A stretch of DNA of 64,000 nt from Acidobacteriaceae bacterium (GTDB lineage Bacteria; Acidobacteriota; Terriglobia; Terriglobales; Acidobacteriaceae): contig PLHQ01000088.1 in assembly GCA_003138975.1 (NCBI GenBank), positions 1,272 through 65,271 of the forward strand, given 5' to 3'. A model generated the notes under the pieces. It was not told where the DNA came from. It made no database searches and worked only from the letters and a program-made list of their open reading frames with translations. Positions 60,660-64,000 of this stretch are shown one piece after another. Position numbers and translations under genes: made by a program. The number at the start of each line of letters is the position of its first letter. Positions within the stretch are counted from its first letter, which is position 1.

Positions 60660-62195
60660 ATGCTCAGTCCATCTTTAAGCCACGCGCACCCGCTTGGTCG
60701 TCTGCGCCCTTTCCTCTGCCAGGTGATCTCTATTCTTCTGGTCTCGACCACAAGCCTGATGTCTCAGCAGTCGCCAGCTCAGAAGCCGGCCAATCCAACT
60801 TCCGGGAGCAAAGTTGCGGAGGGAAAGTCTGCGGAAGAAAAGCCACAGCCGGACGAGTCCGCCTCCGCAATGGCAGCCCTCGCGCAGCTCAACAATGCTC
60901 TGGAAGGTCTCGCCACAAAGGTGTCGCCGGCCGTAGTTCAAATCCTCGTCACCGGGTACGGCCCGTTGCACGAGGAGACCCGCACTCAGACCGCTCTCAT
61001 CGTGCGCCAGCATGCCGTCGGCTCAGGCGTGATTGTCGACTCCTCCGGATACATCATGACCAACGCGCACGTCGTCGAAGGCGCGCAGCGCATTCGCGTA
61101 GCATTGCCATTGCCCGGAGATTCGGGCCGCGCTGTGCCCGTGGGAAAACGCCACATTCTCGAAGCGCGCCTCGTTGGTGTTCATAAAGACACCGATCTCG
61201 CTTTGCTCAAGATCGACGAGAAGGACCTTCCCACGCTGCCTCTACTTTCACAACAGCGGCCCCGCGTCGGACAACTCGTCTTCGCCATCGGCAGTCCCGA
61301 AGGCCTGCAGAATTCAGTCACCATGGGAGTCGTGAGCGCGGTCGCCCGGCAGCCCGATCCCGAGAAAGCCATGACCTACATCCAGACCGATGCACCCATC
61401 AACCCCGGCAACAGCGGCGGACCGCTCGTCGATATGAATGGCTCGGTGGTTGGCATCAACACTTTCATCCTCTCAACAGGCGGCGGCAGCGAGGGCCTGG
61501 GCTTCGCCATCCCCGCCCGCATCGTGGATTTCGTCTATCACAGCCTGCGCAAATATGGGCACGTGCATCGCGTGGAGATTGGCGCCGTGGCGCAGGAAAT
61601 CACACCCACCCTGGCAGATGGCCTCCATCTCTCGCAACACTGGGGCGTCATCATCGCCGACGTCAAGCCGGACGGCCCGGCCGGCACCGCCGGCCTGCGG
61701 GTTCAGGACATCGTTCTCACCGCCGACGATCGCCGCATCGAAACTCTTCCAGCGCTCTCTTCCGCGCTTTATCTGCATCGGCTCGATCAAGTATTGAAGC
61801 TGGAAATCTTACGCGGCGACCAGAGAAAAATTTTGTACGTTCCCGCCATCGAGCAGCGCGACCCCATGGATCAACTCTTCGATGCCGCCGATCCAGAAAA
61901 AAGTCTCATCTCGCGCCTGGGCATTCTCGTCACCGATATCAGCGACGACCTGCGCAATCAGATTGGCACGCTGCGCATTGCTTCTGGTGTGATCGTACTC
62001 GGTCGCGCCGCCGACCTCATTACTCCTGAGACTGGGCTGCAGACCGGAGACGTGATTCACTCGCTCAACATCACTCCCATCACTTCCATGGACGAACTGC
62101 GCGCCGCCGTTCAACATTTGAAAGTCGGAGATCCGGTCGTCCTGCAAGTGGAACGCAGCGACGGCTTCACCTACTTGAGTTTCGAAATGGAGTGA
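60660..62195 (+). CDS. HtrA/DegQ-family serine protease with two PDZ domains
   Basis: TNAHVV, DLALL, INPGNSGG. Confidence 0.93.
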   Translation: MLSPSLSHAHPLGRLRPFLCQVISILLVSTTSLMSQQSPAQKPANPTSGSKVAEGKSAEEKPQPDESASAMAALAQLNNALEGLATKVSPAVVQILVTGYGPLHEETRTQTALIVRQHAVGSGVIVDSSGYIMTNAHVVEGAQRIRVALPLPGDSGRAVPVGKRHILEARLVGVHKDTDLALLKIDEKDLPTLPLLSQQRPRVGQLVFAIGSPEGLQNSVTMGVVSAVARQPDPEKAMTYIQTDAPINPGNSGGPLVDMNGSVVGINTFILSTGGGSEGLGFAIPARIVDFVYHSLRKYGHVHRVEIGAVAQEITPTLADGLHLSQHWGVIIADVKPDGPAGTAGLRVQDIVLTADDRRIETLPALSSALYLHRLDQVLKLEILRGDQRKILYVPAIEQRDPMDQLFDAADPEKSLISRLGILVTDISDDLRNQIGTLRIASGVIVLGRAADLITPETGLQTGDVIHSLNITPITSMDELRAAVQHLKVGDPVVLQVERSDGFTYLSFEME

Positions 62196-62225
62196 AACAG
62201 GCCGCTGGTCCGGATTTCAAAAGCT

Positions 62226-62270
62226 TGTCATTCCGACTGAAGCGGAGCGAAGTGGTGGAATCTGCTTTTT
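62226..62270. repeat. TGTCATT-type REP half element
   Basis: tgtcattccgactgaagcggagcgaagtggtggaatct. Confidence 0.5.
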
Positions 62271-62492
62271 CTTGCTGTAACGTTGCTGCCTATGCTCTTA
62301 GTCGCAGCCCGCGTGCGCGGCCGATGCAGCGACGCCCGAAGCGCTGACCGTGTCTCGGCGCGAGCGTTGCAGAGCATTTTCCACTGCCAATCCTAGCTTT
62401 GACGCGAGGGTCTGCAACACACTCAAGTCCTGACCGACAGCCGCCGCAAACTCGGTTTTACGGCTTGGTTTGCCGTAGAATGTCTTCTTGAT

Positions 62493-62569
62493 GCGCCCGT
62501 AGCTCAACTGGATAGAGCATCTGCCTTCGGAGCAGAGGGTTGGGAGTTCGAGTCTCTCCGGGCGCACCA
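62493..62569 (+). tRNA. tRNA-Arg (anticodon UCG)
   Basis: 77 nt cloverleaf GCGCCCG...CGGGCGC-ACCA; anticodon arm TCTGC-CTTCGGA-GCAGA; TTCGAG T-loop; TAGAAT upstream. Confidence 0.96.
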
Positions 62570-62576
62570 CTTGCAA

Positions 62577-64000
62577 TTAGAACGCGCTGCCACCACCACC
62601 ACCGAAGCCGCCGCCGGAAAATCCTCCGCCCCCTCCAAAGCCGCCACCACCGCTCCATCCCGATCCCGTGGAACTGGCCCTGGGCGCGGACACGAACACC
62701 TGGTGCATATCTGTCGCCATACCGTGCATCGAGCTCGAAAATAAAATTGGGTTGAACGCCATGCCATATCCATATCCGGCGGGCGCAGCGTACCAACTCG
62801 GTGGATCTTTCACGATGCCGGCGAAGGCCTGCGCCCAGTGGTGTTCCACGCCGAGAGCCATCGCATAAGGCAGGAATTTCTCGAACGTGTCGGGCGGCAT
62901 CACTTTGAGGCGCTCGGCGTCGACGCGATTCATGAATTCCTGGAATCCCAGCACAGCGATGTGGGTACGCGCGCCCTTGAGAGTCTTCGCCGTCATGACG
63001 CGGGCAAAGAGCCACCAGATCACGGCGCTAACCAGCACACAGCCAACGAGCATCGGAATCGAACTCAGAAGATCGGCCCATCCCGCGAACTGAAAAATGG
63101 CGAAAGGAATCAGAATGCAGAAGGCTGCCCCAATGCTGTAGCCGTTGGCGGACTCGGGATCGAGCGTGTAAATGCCTTTCTGCTTCAGCGCCGACATGAT
63201 GTCTGTTCGGACCACGGGCACGGCAGTGTAGAAGCGGTTCTTCAGGCTCGACAGGCGAGTGTCAGGTGCATCTCCGACGAAAATATTTTCCATCATGACG
63301 CGCTCGTGGGGAGCGAGGCCGCGCCAGTCCTGGCGCTTTTGGAGCAGATGGAAGATGTAATCCTTGTGATGGAATAGCTGGCCGTTCTCGTCCGTTTCTT
63401 CAATCTTAATGAAGCCGCGCACAGCAAGATCGACGATGGTCGATGTAATGTCGCGGGGATGGATGCGATCATCCAGCAGCGTTCCGGCTTCCGCGGGCGA
63501 AATGCCGGGCGGCGGTTCATACATCGGCGCGACGGACATGCCCGGGTCAGGATCGCGACCGGCATACCACCAGAGGACGAACATAACTACGAGCGTGACC
63601 AGCGGCAGAAACACAACCGGGTTGCTGCCGATGAACCAAAATAGTTTCGTTAAAGCTCCCGGCTGTTTCAGTATGCCCTTGGGAATGTAGACATCAATAG
63701 TCATGCCGCCGCGCATGGGCAAAGGATTGTTGGTTTCGAACTCGGCGTTTGCGCCATCCACTTTGGCGGTTGCGTCGTGCTCGGTCGAGCCATAGACGCC
63801 GGTGAAGGCTTGCGCGCGCAAGGATCCACTGGCGGAATCCGGAAAATGTACGGTAGCCGCGGCATGATCGATGGGCACGGGCCAATCGTTGCCGGTGACG
63901 TTCCAGTAGAACTCGTCGTACTGGTCGAAAAAGCGCGTGCCGTTGCGCACGCGGTAGGCGATCTCTACCGTACGCGTGGCATCGACGGCGTTGGGGATAT
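62577..64000 (-). CDS. DUF2207 family membrane protein (5' end outside the window)
   Basis: DEFYWNVTG, PAEAG, LPYAMALG, Gly-rich C-terminus. Confidence 0.88.
   Translation of the reverse strand, partial: IPNAVDATRTVEIAYRVRNGTRFFDQYDEFYWNVTGNDWPVPIDHAAATVHFPDSASGSLRAQAFTGVYGSTEHDATAKVDGANAEFETNNPLPMRGGMTIDVYIPKGILKQPGALTKLFWFIGSNPVVFLPLVTLVVMFVLWWYAGRDPDPGMSVAPMYEPPPGISPAEAGTLLDDRIHPRDITSTIVDLAVRGFIKIEETDENGQLFHHKDYIFHLLQKRQDWRGLAPHERVMMENIFVGDAPDTRLSSLKNRFYTAVPVVRTDIMSALKQKGIYTLDPESANGYSIGAAFCILIPFAIFQFAGWADLLSSIPMLVGCVLVSAVIWWLFARVMTAKTLKGARTHIAVLGFQEFMNRVDAERLKVMPPDTFEKFLPYAMALGVEHHWAQAFAGIVKDPPSWYAAPAGYGYGMAFNPILFSSSMHGMATDMHQVFVSAPRASSTGSGWSGGGGFGGGGGFSGGGFGGGGGSAF

Noticed and set aside
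62550..62569. tRNA as an integration site of a genomic island
   Set aside because: No duplicated tRNA 3' end or integrase seen in the window

Overview
A ~59-60% GC chromosomal window of mostly core genes, most likely from an Acidobacteriota (Terriglobales-like) soil bacterium. That assignment is inferred from the Oar-type TonB-dependent receptor, the HTH-TM-TPR protein and the REP repeat families. It carries the start of the str operon (rpsL-rpsG-fusA), thl-hbd-crt-ribH-nusB, exported msrA/msrB, lexA, trxA, a TonB-dependent receptor divergent from a Fur-family gene, an ECF sigma/anti-sigma module, ilvC-ilvB-ilvM-ilvD, pyrD, a GH18 chitinase, map, pruA, a degP/Q-like protease and tRNA-Arg(UCG). 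I saw no CRISPR array, prophage, transposase or integrase. The best leads are: (i) an enzyme-free c-di-GMP effector set, made of a TPR-GAF-degenerate GGDEF protein with an intact RxxD I-site plus a PilZ gene ahead of a non-phosphorylatable NarL-type regulator; (ii) an ilv operon apparently controlled by a divergent TetR through a perfect palindrome; (iii) several families of non-coding palindromic elements, including one that brackets a passenger ORFan and one ~108-bp element with covarying stems inside two operons; (iv) a gene broken by a cluster of four CTAG motifs; and (v) readable Fur-type and LexA operators. All product calls come from motif recognition, not database searches.
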